Shown: in pieces, positions 28,503-36,926 of the stretch
Layout of the letters: every line of letters starts with the position of its first letter
Position numbering within the stretch: position 1 is the stretch's first letter
Assembly: GCA_042577295.1 (NCBI GenBank)
Contig: JBHPEE010000003.1
Coordinates: forward strand, 1 to 52,111
DNA from: Fidelibacterota bacterium
GTDB lineage: Bacteria; Fidelibacterota; Marinisomatia; Marinisomatales; JAHJCW01
Length of the DNA: 52,111 nucleotides
Direction: 5' to 3'
The notes under the pieces: model-generated
Databases searched by the model: none
What the model was told of the DNA's origin: nothing
Seen by the model: the letters and a program-made list of their open reading frames with translations, nothing else
Program-made: the position numbers and the translations under genes

Positions 28503-29933
28503 ATGAATCCAACAATTTTAATCGTTGATGATGAACAGCATGTCCTGAACTCCATTAATCGCACTTTACGGCATGATTATAATGTCATTTTATCTTTAGA
28601 CGGAAAATCAGCATTACAAGTATTGCGTGAACAAGAGGTATCGGCTATTTTAGCCGATCAGCGTATGCCGGGACTTACCGGTTCGGATTTCTTTCGGGAA
28701 TCGATCAAAATTCAGCCTGATACCACACGCGTTTTAATTACCGGTTATTCAGATATTGAAGCCGTAGTACAAGCTGTCAATGATGGACAAATATATTTTT
28801 ATATCGAAAAACCATGGGAACCGGATGATTTGAAATTGATAATAAAAAGAGCAGTTGAACGTTATCAATTGATCAGAGATAATAAAGATCTGATACATAG
28901 GTTGGAGATCGCCAATCAGCAATTGAGCAACGAAAATATTGTGCTAAAAAAGGATGTTGAGCAAAAGTACAATTTTTCTAATATAATTGGCGAAAGTAAA
29001 GCAATGCAGGATGTGTATGATTTGATGAGAAAAGTCATACCGACTGATACAACAGTTTATATTTCTGGCGAAACAGGAACCGGGAAAGAATTAATTGCGC
29101 GGGCTATTCATTTTAACGGACCGCGTAAAGATAAAATATTCGCTGCTCAGAATTGTGCCGCCTTACCTGATACTTTACTGGAGAGCGCCTTATTTGGACA
29201 TACAAAAGGCGCTTTTACTGATGCTACATCAGATAAAAAGGGATTATTTGAGGTAGCTGATGGCGGAACGGTATTCTTAGATGAATTATCAGACACGTCA
29301 CCGGCCTTGCAACAGCGATTATTGCGAGTAATCCAAGAAGGGGAATTTCAGCCGGTTGGTTCGAATAAAACGATTAAAGTCAATGTGAGGATTCTTTCTG
29401 CAACTAATAGAGATTTACTAAATCTAGTTCAACAGGGAAAATTTCGAGAGGATCTATATTATAGAATTAATGTATTCCCAATACATCTTCCTCCATTAAG
29501 AGATCGAATGGATGACATATCTTTACTTGCAAATTATTTTCTGAATAAATATATGATCCAAGCCGGCAAAACTATTAACGGCTTCTCAGAAGATGTATTA
29601 AAATATTTATTATCCATTAAATATCCGGGGAATGTTCGTGAATTGGAGAATATGATCCAACGCGCAGTCATTTTAGCCGGAAATGACCAAACCTTATCCT
29701 TAAATCATTTGCAAACGGAATGGGAAGGGAGTCAAGCAACGATAAAGACAATCACTAATTTACAATCAGATATTCAATTTTCATCATTACCAAGACTTGT
29801 GGAAGAACTTGAGATCAAATATATAACACAGACTCTTAAATCAAATCAAGGGAACATTAGTAAAACTGCCATCGAATTAGGGTTGAGTAGAGCAGGTCTA
29901 TACAAAAAACTAAAACGCTATAATATTGGTTAA
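28503..29933 (+). CDS. Sigma-54-dependent response regulator (NtrC family)
   Basis: IVDDE, ADQRMPG, KPW, GETGTGKE, GAFTDA, YPGNVRELEN and a Fis HTH; 3 bp after the kinase. Confidence 0.92.
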   Translation: MNPTILIVDDEQHVLNSINRTLRHDYNVILSLDGKSALQVLREQEVSAILADQRMPGLTGSDFFRESIKIQPDTTRVLITGYSDIEAVVQAVNDGQIYFYIEKPWEPDDLKLIIKRAVERYQLIRDNKDLIHRLEIANQQLSNENIVLKKDVEQKYNFSNIIGESKAMQDVYDLMRKVIPTDTTVYISGETGTGKELIARAIHFNGPRKDKIFAAQNCAALPDTLLESALFGHTKGAFTDATSDKKGLFEVADGGTVFLDELSDTSPALQQRLLRVIQEGEFQPVGSNKTIKVNVRILSATNRDLLNLVQQGKFREDLYYRINVFPIHLPPLRDRMDDISLLANYFLNKYMIQAGKTINGFSEDVLKYLLSIKYPGNVRELENMIQRAVILAGNDQTLSLNHLQTEWEGSQATIKTITNLQSDIQFSSLPRLVEELEIKYITQTLKSNQGNISKTAIELGLSRAGLYKKLKRYNIG

Positions 29934-29935
29934 AT

Positions 29936-29976
29936 TGTATACTATGTATACATTTAATATGCATACATAGTATACA
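29936..29976. promoter_or_regulatory. Paired palindromic upstream activator sites
   Basis: TGTATACTATGTATACA (29936-29952) and TGCATACATAGTATACA (29960-29976); together a 14-bp-arm inverted repeat. Confidence 0.6.
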
Positions 29977-30071
29977 TATCATTGTTAAATATTCCTATGA
30001 ATAATTAATAATTATTTAATAAGTATCTAATATTTATATATTTACATCAATAAGCTAATAATATTTAACTT

Positions 30072-30087
30072 TGGCATAATTATTGTA
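30072..30087 (+). promoter_or_regulatory. Probable sigma-54 promoter
   Basis: TGGCAT-AATTA-TTGTA with correct spacing; the -12 element is a GT variant. Lies about 40 bp before ATG 30127. Confidence 0.6.
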
Positions 30088-30126
30088 TCTTATATAGTAG
30101 AGTATAAAAGTTCATGAGGTGAAAAA

Positions 30127-31545
30127 ATGAAAAAGATAAAAAATTCAATAATATTATTTGCAGCATTAAGTGCAATATTAGTTTTGCAAGGTTGTTACAC
30201 GCAAATGGAATCAACTAAAAAAGTAAAGGTTTCCAGACGACCTGTTTATGAAACTAGAACTTATACCTATACCGAACCGGTGGTAAATGATTCTTTGGTT
30301 TTTTATCAGGACGAGGATGGATACATTTACTATAAAGATATATACGGAAATATAAATTATGTAGAAGATGATTCAAGTTTTTCCACAGCTTATCAAAAAA
30401 GCTTTACACTTGAAACTCCTGTCACACAAGTCAAAGAATATCATCACTATTATTACGATGATTCGAACTATTATAATATGCACGACCCATATTATGACAA
30501 CTTCAGCTGGAATGTGAGTTTCTCGTGGGGTAACCGATATTATAGTCCATATCGTTATTATAATTACTCACCATATCACTGGGACAGATATTATACAAAT
30601 GCATATTGGAATTATTCCTATTATGATCCATATTGGGGTCACAGTCCATTTTATTCCTATAATTCTGGTTATTATTGGGGACATCAGTATAATAACTATT
30701 GGGGTGGGAGTTGGTATGGAGATAACCGCTGGTATAATAGTAAATATAGCAACAACTATAACCGGGACAAGCGCGATTGGGATCGTCGCGGAAGTAACAG
30801 CAGAGATAGAAACACATACATTCAACGGAATAATACCAATAGTTATACTGGTGGAGTGTCTAATCCGGCAAGCGATACCAAGGTGAATACACCAAAAAAA
30901 CGTACCGTTATTAAAAGAGTTAAAAGCAGTACAGAACAAAAAGCACCGAGAAAAGAATCTCCTAAGGTTATAAAAAGAACTCGTTCTCAATCTAATAATG
31001 GGAAAAAAGATAATAGTAAACAGAATACTAAACCGAGTACAAGAATTCGTTCTACTAACAAAAAGGATACCAGTAGTAATTTAAATCGATCTCCTAAAGT
31101 GAGGACTAATTCTGTCCGAGTCAGAACTCAGTCTACTATTAGACCGAGTACTCAAAAAAATAGTGCTAGAACACAAACGGTAAGAAGACCAATATCTCGA
31201 ACACAGGTTGCGGTAAACCGTACATCGACACAGAAAAATGTAAGAACGCAAACCGTATCCAATAAAAGAAGTATTGTTAAAAGTAATAGCACAAAACAGA
31301 CGCGCCCTGCTGTAAAATCTACGAAGACAAAAACTAAACAATCAAAGACGTTTGCTTCAAAATCACCGATTAAAAAATCGACTTCAACAAAGAGCTATAA
31401 TAAAACTAGCTCAAATCGAAAGTCTTCGAGTCGATCAAGCAAATCGTCATCATATAGCTCAAATAGTAGCAGCAGATCTTCCTCGTCAGCCACTAGCTCT
31501 CGTAGTTCATCCAGTAAAAACTCTAGTAGTAGATCGCGAAAATAG
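30127..31545 (+). CDS. Lipoprotein with Tyr/Trp/Asn-rich middle and long Ser/Arg/Lys/Thr-rich disordered tail
   Basis: Lipobox LQGC, GAGGTG RBS and strong composition bias. Confidence 0.75.
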   Translation: MKKIKNSIILFAALSAILVLQGCYTQMESTKKVKVSRRPVYETRTYTYTEPVVNDSLVFYQDEDGYIYYKDIYGNINYVEDDSSFSTAYQKSFTLETPVTQVKEYHHYYYDDSNYYNMHDPYYDNFSWNVSFSWGNRYYSPYRYYNYSPYHWDRYYTNAYWNYSYYDPYWGHSPFYSYNSGYYWGHQYNNYWGGSWYGDNRWYNSKYSNNYNRDKRDWDRRGSNSRDRNTYIQRNNTNSYTGGVSNPASDTKVNTPKKRTVIKRVKSSTEQKAPRKESPKVIKRTRSQSNNGKKDNSKQNTKPSTRIRSTNKKDTSSNLNRSPKVRTNSVRVRTQSTIRPSTQKNSARTQTVRRPISRTQVAVNRTSTQKNVRTQTVSNKRSIVKSNSTKQTRPAVKSTKTKTKQSKTFASKSPIKKSTSTKSYNKTSSNRKSSSRSSKSSSYSSNSSSRSSSSATSSRSSSSKNSSSRSRK

Positions 31546-31547
31546 AA

Positions 31548-32930
31548 ATGAGGACAACAATGAAAAAATACATAATTAAGTTGACTTTCGGTATGCTGTT
31601 CACAATTGGAATAGCAAGTGGACAGAGTGCTTATGATGCCGTACACATTACAGAAAATGAAGAAGGATTTGGTACACGCGCTTTAGCGATGGGTGGTGCT
31701 TACACGGCCTTAGCGGATGATTACTCTGGTATCTATTGGAATCCGGCTGGTTTAGGTTCCATAAAAGAGACTAGTATTTATGCTGAATTATCTCACATGC
31801 AATTCTCTAATGATGCATTATATATGGGAAATTTGACTTCAAATAATCAAGGATTCACTAAACTCAAATCACTTGGATTTGTAATGCCGCTTCCCACCAA
31901 CCAAGGAAGTTTTGTTATAGCTGGTGGTTTTAACAGAGTATTAGATTTTGATGATCACTTGTATTTCGAAGGTTTTGGAGATATATCTAATGACCTCGGA
32001 TTTGAGATTGAAGATGATGATGGCAATATTTATTTCTACCCGTTTGATCAAGGTGTTTACAGACAAGAAGAAGTCCGTAGCGAGGGTGGTTTGCGTCATT
32101 GGAGTCTTGGTGGAGCGCTTGCACTTTCACCTAATTTCACAATTGGATTGACGACATCGTTGGTTCATGGAAAGGAAGAATACAATTTCGGATTTTCTCA
32201 ATATGATGATGACAATCTGTACTATGAGTATCCCGGTGATTTTGATGAGTATAGCGTTAATCAATATTTACAATCAGATTATTATGCTTTCAATCTAAAA
32301 CTCGGTGGTATGGTAGACTTAAATAATATGTTAAAAGTTGGAGGAGTTATTACTTTACCATCGACATATTATATTGAGGAGACGCACTCTTTCAGTGATG
32401 AATTAGTCTTTGATGATGGTACAAATGATCCAACGGAGGATACAGGTAATTGGGATTACCATGTTAAAACTCCCTTTATATTTGATGCGGGTATAGCATT
32501 TACAAATAAGTTGATTACTTTATCAGCTGCAACACGCTACCGCGATTGGTCTCAAACCCGTTTCGAAGTCTCAGATTTTGAATCAAATAGTCAGGATTAC
32601 AATGATCTTATAAGTGAGAATAATATTTTAGCTCGTGATTATGATCAAGTTCTAGAATATAGATTGGGTGGAGAAATAACTCTACCCGGACTTAAAACAA
32701 AATTACGGGCTGGCTATACACTGATTCCATCACCTCTGCGAGATTCAAATGACGACCGTATAACTTACAGTGCCGGTGTGAGCTTTAAAGTAGATAATAA
32801 TGTTAGTCTCGATTTTTCATACTTAAAACGTGATTGGACACGCGATAGTTGGGATATATATACTCCTGCCGGAGTCCAAGAAAAGATTGAAACACACAAA
32901 GTGTTAGTAGGTTTGACGTATAACCTCTGA
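31548..32930 (+). CDS. OmpP1/FadL-like outer-membrane beta-barrel
   Basis: GTRALAMGGAYTALADDYSGIYWNPAGL and C-terminal VGLTYNL strand. The start may be 31560. Confidence 0.8.
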   Translation: MRTTMKKYIIKLTFGMLFTIGIASGQSAYDAVHITENEEGFGTRALAMGGAYTALADDYSGIYWNPAGLGSIKETSIYAELSHMQFSNDALYMGNLTSNNQGFTKLKSLGFVMPLPTNQGSFVIAGGFNRVLDFDDHLYFEGFGDISNDLGFEIEDDDGNIYFYPFDQGVYRQEEVRSEGGLRHWSLGGALALSPNFTIGLTTSLVHGKEEYNFGFSQYDDDNLYYEYPGDFDEYSVNQYLQSDYYAFNLKLGGMVDLNNMLKVGGVITLPSTYYIEETHSFSDELVFDDGTNDPTEDTGNWDYHVKTPFIFDAGIAFTNKLITLSAATRYRDWSQTRFEVSDFESNSQDYNDLISENNILARDYDQVLEYRLGGEITLPGLKTKLRAGYTLIPSPLRDSNDDRITYSAGVSFKVDNNVSLDFSYLKRDWTRDSWDIYTPAGVQEKIETHKVLVGLTYNL

Positions 32931-32956
32931 TAATCACCGTTCTCAGAGGACACGAT

Positions 32957-32983
32957 AAAAAAGGGAGCGTTGCTCCCTTTTTT
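32957..32983 (+). terminator. Rho-independent terminator
   Basis: AAAAAAGGGAGC-gtt-GCTCCCTTTTTT. Confidence 0.85.
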
Positions 32984-33068
32984 ATTTGTAAATATTATTC
33001 CTGCGGTAATTTAATGAAAATGTTTCGTTTTAAGGATCTATGACGCAAACAACAAGTCTGGTAAGCTA

Positions 33069-33092
33069 AAAACAACCCATAAGGGTTGTTTT
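33069..33092 (-). terminator. Terminator for the minus-strand island genes
   Basis: AAAACAACCC-ataa-GGGTTGTTTT. Confidence 0.65.
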
Positions 33093-33162
33093 CTTTAACT
33101 ACTTACGTAATTGCAGGATGATACGAATAATTATTATAATATATCTGGTAAGCATTAGTATT

Positions 33163-33438
33163 TTACCTCCTTTTGTTGTCTTTATGAAGTTTAACCATTA
33201 GCTCATGATAACAATCACCATCCTCATGATCATTAAGATCCCAGGCATAGGTTACACTTGGATTAGCCTCCGGTGGGAACTGGGGATAGTGAGAACCATT
33301 CAGTATTATCCCTTTGATCTCTTCAACTAGTTCATCTATGGTTGCCTTTCTTCTAAGTGTTAAATGCCCTTTATCTTCTTCTATTGATTCATAGTCAATT
33401 CCAACCACAAAGTCTCTCACCTCAGAATGGTAGTTCAT
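33163..33438 (-). CDS. Hypothetical protein, coupled to the upstream SSB-like gene
   Basis: 91-aa ORF overlapping the end of the upstream gene; no motif recognised. Confidence 0.5.
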   Translation of the reverse strand: MNYHSEVRDFVVGIDYESIEEDKGHLTLRRKATIDELVEEIKGIILNGSHYPQFPPEANPSVTYAWDLNDHEDGDCYHELMVKLHKDNKRR

Positions 33439-33901
33439 TACTTATATTCCCATCCAGTATCTCTAACAGTTTATTCATCCTGATCTCTATCTCATTAAGA
33501 TCTTCAAAAGTCCAGGGCTTATTAGTCTGTCCTATACTGATGGCGGCTATCTTTAAGGCTACCTGTCTATGTATATCTACTATACGTTCATCCAGATCCT
33601 TTAGGACTGTTTTTTTAATTAACTTATTATTACCATTATAAGGGGTTACCTGCCATTCCAGTTCACCATTATCATGTTTATGCTTACAAAGAATAAGGTG
33701 TGTTCCCTTACCATATTTCATTAGTTTTAAATGTAAGGCATCTTCAGCAAATATACCTCGTGACTCACCTTCATACTCTACTCCGTAGAGGTTCCATGCT
33801 CCGTACTGGCTTTCACCGCTATTACATTTATCATAGGTTAGTATTACCTTATAATCATGATCTATCTTCTTTAGTTGAAGGGTTTTGATTTTATCATTCA
33901 T
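33422..33901 (-). CDS. Hypothetical protein, possibly a phage-type ssDNA-binding protein
   Basis: AAGGAG RBS before ATG 33901; beta-rich N-terminal part with GESQYGAWNLY; acidic/aromatic C-terminus ...SNELPF like SSB tails. Confidence 0.5.
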   Translation of the reverse strand: MNDKIKTLQLKKIDHDYKVILTYDKCNSGESQYGAWNLYGVEYEGESRGIFAEDALHLKLMKYGKGTHLILCKHKHDNGELEWQVTPYNGNNKLIKKTVLKDLDERIVDIHRQVALKIAAISIGQTNKPWTFEDLNEIEIRMNKLLEILDGNISNELPF

Positions 33902-34152
33902 ATGTACTCCTTTAAACAAAACCCCTAACAATATGCTAGGGGTTATTCACAGTACATATACAGTAAAATCAATGAGATTTGCAGTATAACCAGCTCGTTA
34001 GTTCATGGGTTTTTCATTAAAGGTGTCCTTCTAAAGTCTTCATAGTGTATTGGTAGTAGCTAGTACAATAGGTATTTATTGCTTTTTTTATATCGATTGT
34101 TTTGCATAAATGTTTTAAGATATATTTATCCTTAATAATAAGGGAGTTTGAT

Positions 34153-35238
34153 ATGAATGTTACTCATCGTATTATTTTAGTTGTATTTATTATCCTATTT
34201 CTTTTTACCTGTAAAAAAACTCCAACCGATTCAGGTCCCGTAGCAGTAACATTCCCTGATGCTAATTTTGAAACACTGATAAGGGAAGCCTTAGACCAAC
34301 CTACAGGAGATATATTAAATACTGATTTACTAACTATTACAGAATTGGATGGCAATGATAGGGAAATAGTCGATATTAGCGGTATTGAACATTGCTTGTA
34401 TTTAGAGAATCTCTATTTACAGAAAAATTCTATATCTGATATAAGTGCGCTAAGTGGCTTAATCAAACTCAAAAAATTATATCTTTATAACAATTTTGTT
34501 ATTATAGATATTAACGTTTTATCAAATCTAATAAATTTAGAACAACTATTTTTATCTAATAATCTAATAACTGACATAACACCAATTACTGGGTTGAATA
34601 ATCTTATTACACTATTAATAGGTGGAAATCCATTAGACGATATTGGTGCTATTTCAAATCTTACACAATTGCAAGCCCTTTACCTGGGGAATTGTCATAT
34701 AGGTAATATTAATGCTTTATCAAATCTTACGAATTTAAAATTATTGGAACTTAATGACACACAAATAACAGATATAGCTATTCTCTCAGGGTTAACTGAC
34801 TTGGAAACATTATGGGTGTGTAATAATAATCTTTCCGAGATACATACACTTGCTAGTTTAACAAAGCTCAAATTTTTACACTTAGCTAATACAAACACTG
34901 TCAGTATTAGTGATTTAACAGGATTAATCAATTTAACTTCATTATTTATTTTTAATAATCAAATAGTTGATATAGGTCCACTATCAGAATTGGTAAATTT
35001 AACAAATGTAAATATGTGGGGTAACCAAATTGTAAATATTTCTCCATTATCTGGATTAACTAACCTTGAATCAGTAAATATAAATCAAAATAGTGTTACA
35101 GACATATCACCATTAGTAGACAATTCAGGGATTGACGATGGAGATGAAATATGGCTTGAGAATAACCCTCTTAGTGATACGTCGATAAATACTTATATAT
35201 CACAATTAGAAGCTAGGGGAGTTACAGTATATTGGTAA
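34153..35238 (+). CDS. Internalin-like leucine-rich-repeat lipoprotein
   Basis: GGGAG RBS; lipobox LFTC; FPDANFE cap; about 12 22-aa LxxLxLxxNxIxDIxxL repeats. Confidence 0.88.
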   Translation: MNVTHRIILVVFIILFLFTCKKTPTDSGPVAVTFPDANFETLIREALDQPTGDILNTDLLTITELDGNDREIVDISGIEHCLYLENLYLQKNSISDISALSGLIKLKKLYLYNNFVIIDINVLSNLINLEQLFLSNNLITDITPITGLNNLITLLIGGNPLDDIGAISNLTQLQALYLGNCHIGNINALSNLTNLKLLELNDTQITDIAILSGLTDLETLWVCNNNLSEIHTLASLTKLKFLHLANTNTVSISDLTGLINLTSLFIFNNQIVDIGPLSELVNLTNVNMWGNQIVNISPLSGLTNLESVNINQNSVTDISPLVDNSGIDDGDEIWLENNPLSDTSINTYISQLEARGVTVYW

Positions 35239-35306
35239 ATAATTAAGTTGAATGGAAAGAATTTGAGTCAATCATTGCAACTTTAATTGCTGTAACATGA
35301 ATGCAT

Positions 35307-35486
35307 TTATCCAGGACCAGAGTAGAATTCTCCTTTCGAACTACCCCATATGTTTTGTGCGTAAACCTCTGTAAAAATTTCTTCAGGTGTTTTGTTTAGA
35401 TTCAACCTTTGCATCACAAACTGTTTGAAAAGTATGTAGCGATCAAGCAGAAAGATTGGGACTAATTTTTTGATGTGTGATTTCAT
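35307..35486 (-). pseudogene. Truncated 5' fragment resembling a class I SAM-methyltransferase N-terminus (59 aa)
   Basis: Manual translation MKSHIKK...TPEEIFTEVYAQNIWGSSKGEFYSGPG*. The F..Y..N.WG...SGPG pattern normally precedes an MTase core that is missing here. Confidence 0.55.
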
Positions 35487-35601
35487 TACATTAAAACTTT
35501 TTTTGCAGTATAATTAATAAATGATCTGCAAATCTCATTAAATAATTTATACAAATATACAGTTAGTTTTTGCTCTATATTAATACAGTTGTAAAATTTC
35601 T

Positions 35602-35731
35602 AAAAAATTTTATTGGATTATGCCTGAGGTTGTCTCACCACCAACACCGTACCGCCATAAAGTAGGTTGAAATTTGGAAAATGGTTGAAAAAACGAAGTG
35701 TGTCCCTAATTAGGTATTATTGGACTTTGTT
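35602..35731 (-). repeat. Repeat copy R4 (full, core 35699-35727)
   Basis: + strand AAAGTAGGTTGAAATTT...GTTGAAAAAACGAAG TGTGTCCCTAA TTAGGTA TTATTGGACTT. Confidence 0.9.
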
Positions 35732-35901
35732 TTGGATAGTTTTTTCTCTTTGAACAAACCCCAACGTTTAATTTGTGGTGATTTTGGCGTTTCATTAGAA
35801 TCATCCGTTTCTGCTGGCATTATAATAGCAAAACCTGACGAGAAGACGGTGAATGGGTCTCTAAAATTATTAACGTCAATATTTGTTTTCTTTTTTTTCA
35901 T
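35710..35901 (-). CDS. Small basic hypothetical protein (63 aa) whose stop lies inside the R4 core
   Basis: AGAGG RBS before ATG 35901; fills the R5-R4 interval. Confidence 0.4.
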   Translation of the reverse strand: MKKKKTNIDVNNFRDPFTVFSSGFAIIMPAETDDSNETPKSPQIKRWGLFKEKKLSKTKSNNT

Positions 35902-35990
35902 AACAAAACCTCTAACTATGTTCAACTTAGACAATATTTGTATTATGATGGTTGTCATTGGCATATCAATAGCGTTTGATAAATTTCTAG

Positions 35991-36084
35991 AAAAAAATAT
36001 TTTTAGATTGTGTGTGAGTCTATCTCACCTCAAATACGTACCCCTTTAAAGTAAGTTGAAATTTGGGGAAATGTTGAAAAACGA
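35991..36084 (-). repeat. Repeat copy R5 (no core)
   Basis: AGATTGTGTGTGAGTCTATCTCACC...TACCCCTTTAAAGTAAGTTGAAATTTGG..GTTGAAAAACGA. Confidence 0.9.
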
Positions 36085-36103
36085 TTATTCCCCAATTTGA
36101 GTT

Positions 36104-36691
36104 TTATTGTAAGTCGAATTCAATTAACTCAAGTGTTTCTTTATCGAATCCAGTATTAATTATTCTTATAAAACCAATATCTTCTGCAAGATATAAATCA
36201 TCCATATCAAAATCTGAATTAAAATATCGTACACAATTAAATATTCCCGCCTCAACTGTTTCAGTAGAATTGGCTAAACGTTCAATCCTAACTGTATCTA
36301 GCTCTCCCTCTTGGTTGATATAATTAATATTTGAATCTTCTCCAACTTTAAGATTTCCGTCAATAACTGGTACTCTGCCTTGAGCTTTATTAAAAAATGG
36401 ATACCAATATATAATATTATTTTCTATTCCAAAACCGATATCATCATCATCTCCACTATAAACTTGTATAGCATTAATCAATATTTGTTGTGTCAATCTT
36501 ATTTCCCAAATTTCTCCATCTAGATTTTTATATTGCCATTTATTGCCAACCTTCATCGGGAAAAAATCATTAGCTATTATAGATTGATTTGTTATTTCTT
36601 GTTTTTCTGAATCAGTAAGTTTTTTGCTGCATTGAACAAGTAGAAATAACCCAAATGAGAAGTAGATAATAGAAATGAATATAGTTTTCAT
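36104..36691 (-). CDS. Hypothetical lipoprotein (cassette gene)
   Basis: AAGGAGG RBS; lipobox LVQC; FFPMKVGNKWQY and TVEAGIFNC...LAEDIGFI motifs of a common beta-rich family. Confidence 0.75.
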   Translation of the reverse strand: MKTIFISIIYFSFGLFLLVQCSKKLTDSEKQEITNQSIIANDFFPMKVGNKWQYKNLDGEIWEIRLTQQILINAIQVYSGDDDDIGFGIENNIIYWYPFFNKAQGRVPVIDGNLKVGEDSNINYINQEGELDTVRIERLANSTETVEAGIFNCVRYFNSDFDMDDLYLAEDIGFIRIINTGFDKETLELIEFDLQ

Positions 36692-36799
36692 CTAACCTCC
36701 TTGAATAAAAAAAACGAATAACTATAGTAAAACTACTTCTAAATCAGAATTTATTTCAACTTCAATAAATATCTACAGTATATGTATTAATAAATTCTG

Positions 36800-36926
36800 A
36801 AATTTTATTGAAGATTGTGTGTGAACTTATCTAACCCCAACACTCTACCCCCATCTAAGTAAGTTGAAATTTCGAAAATGATTGAAAAAACGAAGTGTGT
36901 CCCTAATTAGGGTTTATTTGACTTTG
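36800..36926 (-). repeat. Repeat copy R6 (full, core 36896-36924)
   Basis: AGATTGTGTGTGAACTTATCTAACC...AAGTAAGTTGAAATTT...CGAAG TGTGTCCCTAA TTAGGGT TTATTTGACTT. Confidence 0.9.

Noticed and set aside
30503-31646. Several alternative-frame and antisense ORFs
   Set aside because: By-products of the low-complexity lipoprotein gene.
33057-33153. TCTGGTAAGC direct repeat as a target-site duplication
   Set aside because: It encloses under 80 bp containing only a terminator, with no other mobile-element features.
35720-36049. 109-aa plus-strand ORF
   Set aside because: Starts with TTG inside R4, runs into R5, has no RBS, and overlaps a better-supported minus-strand ORF.
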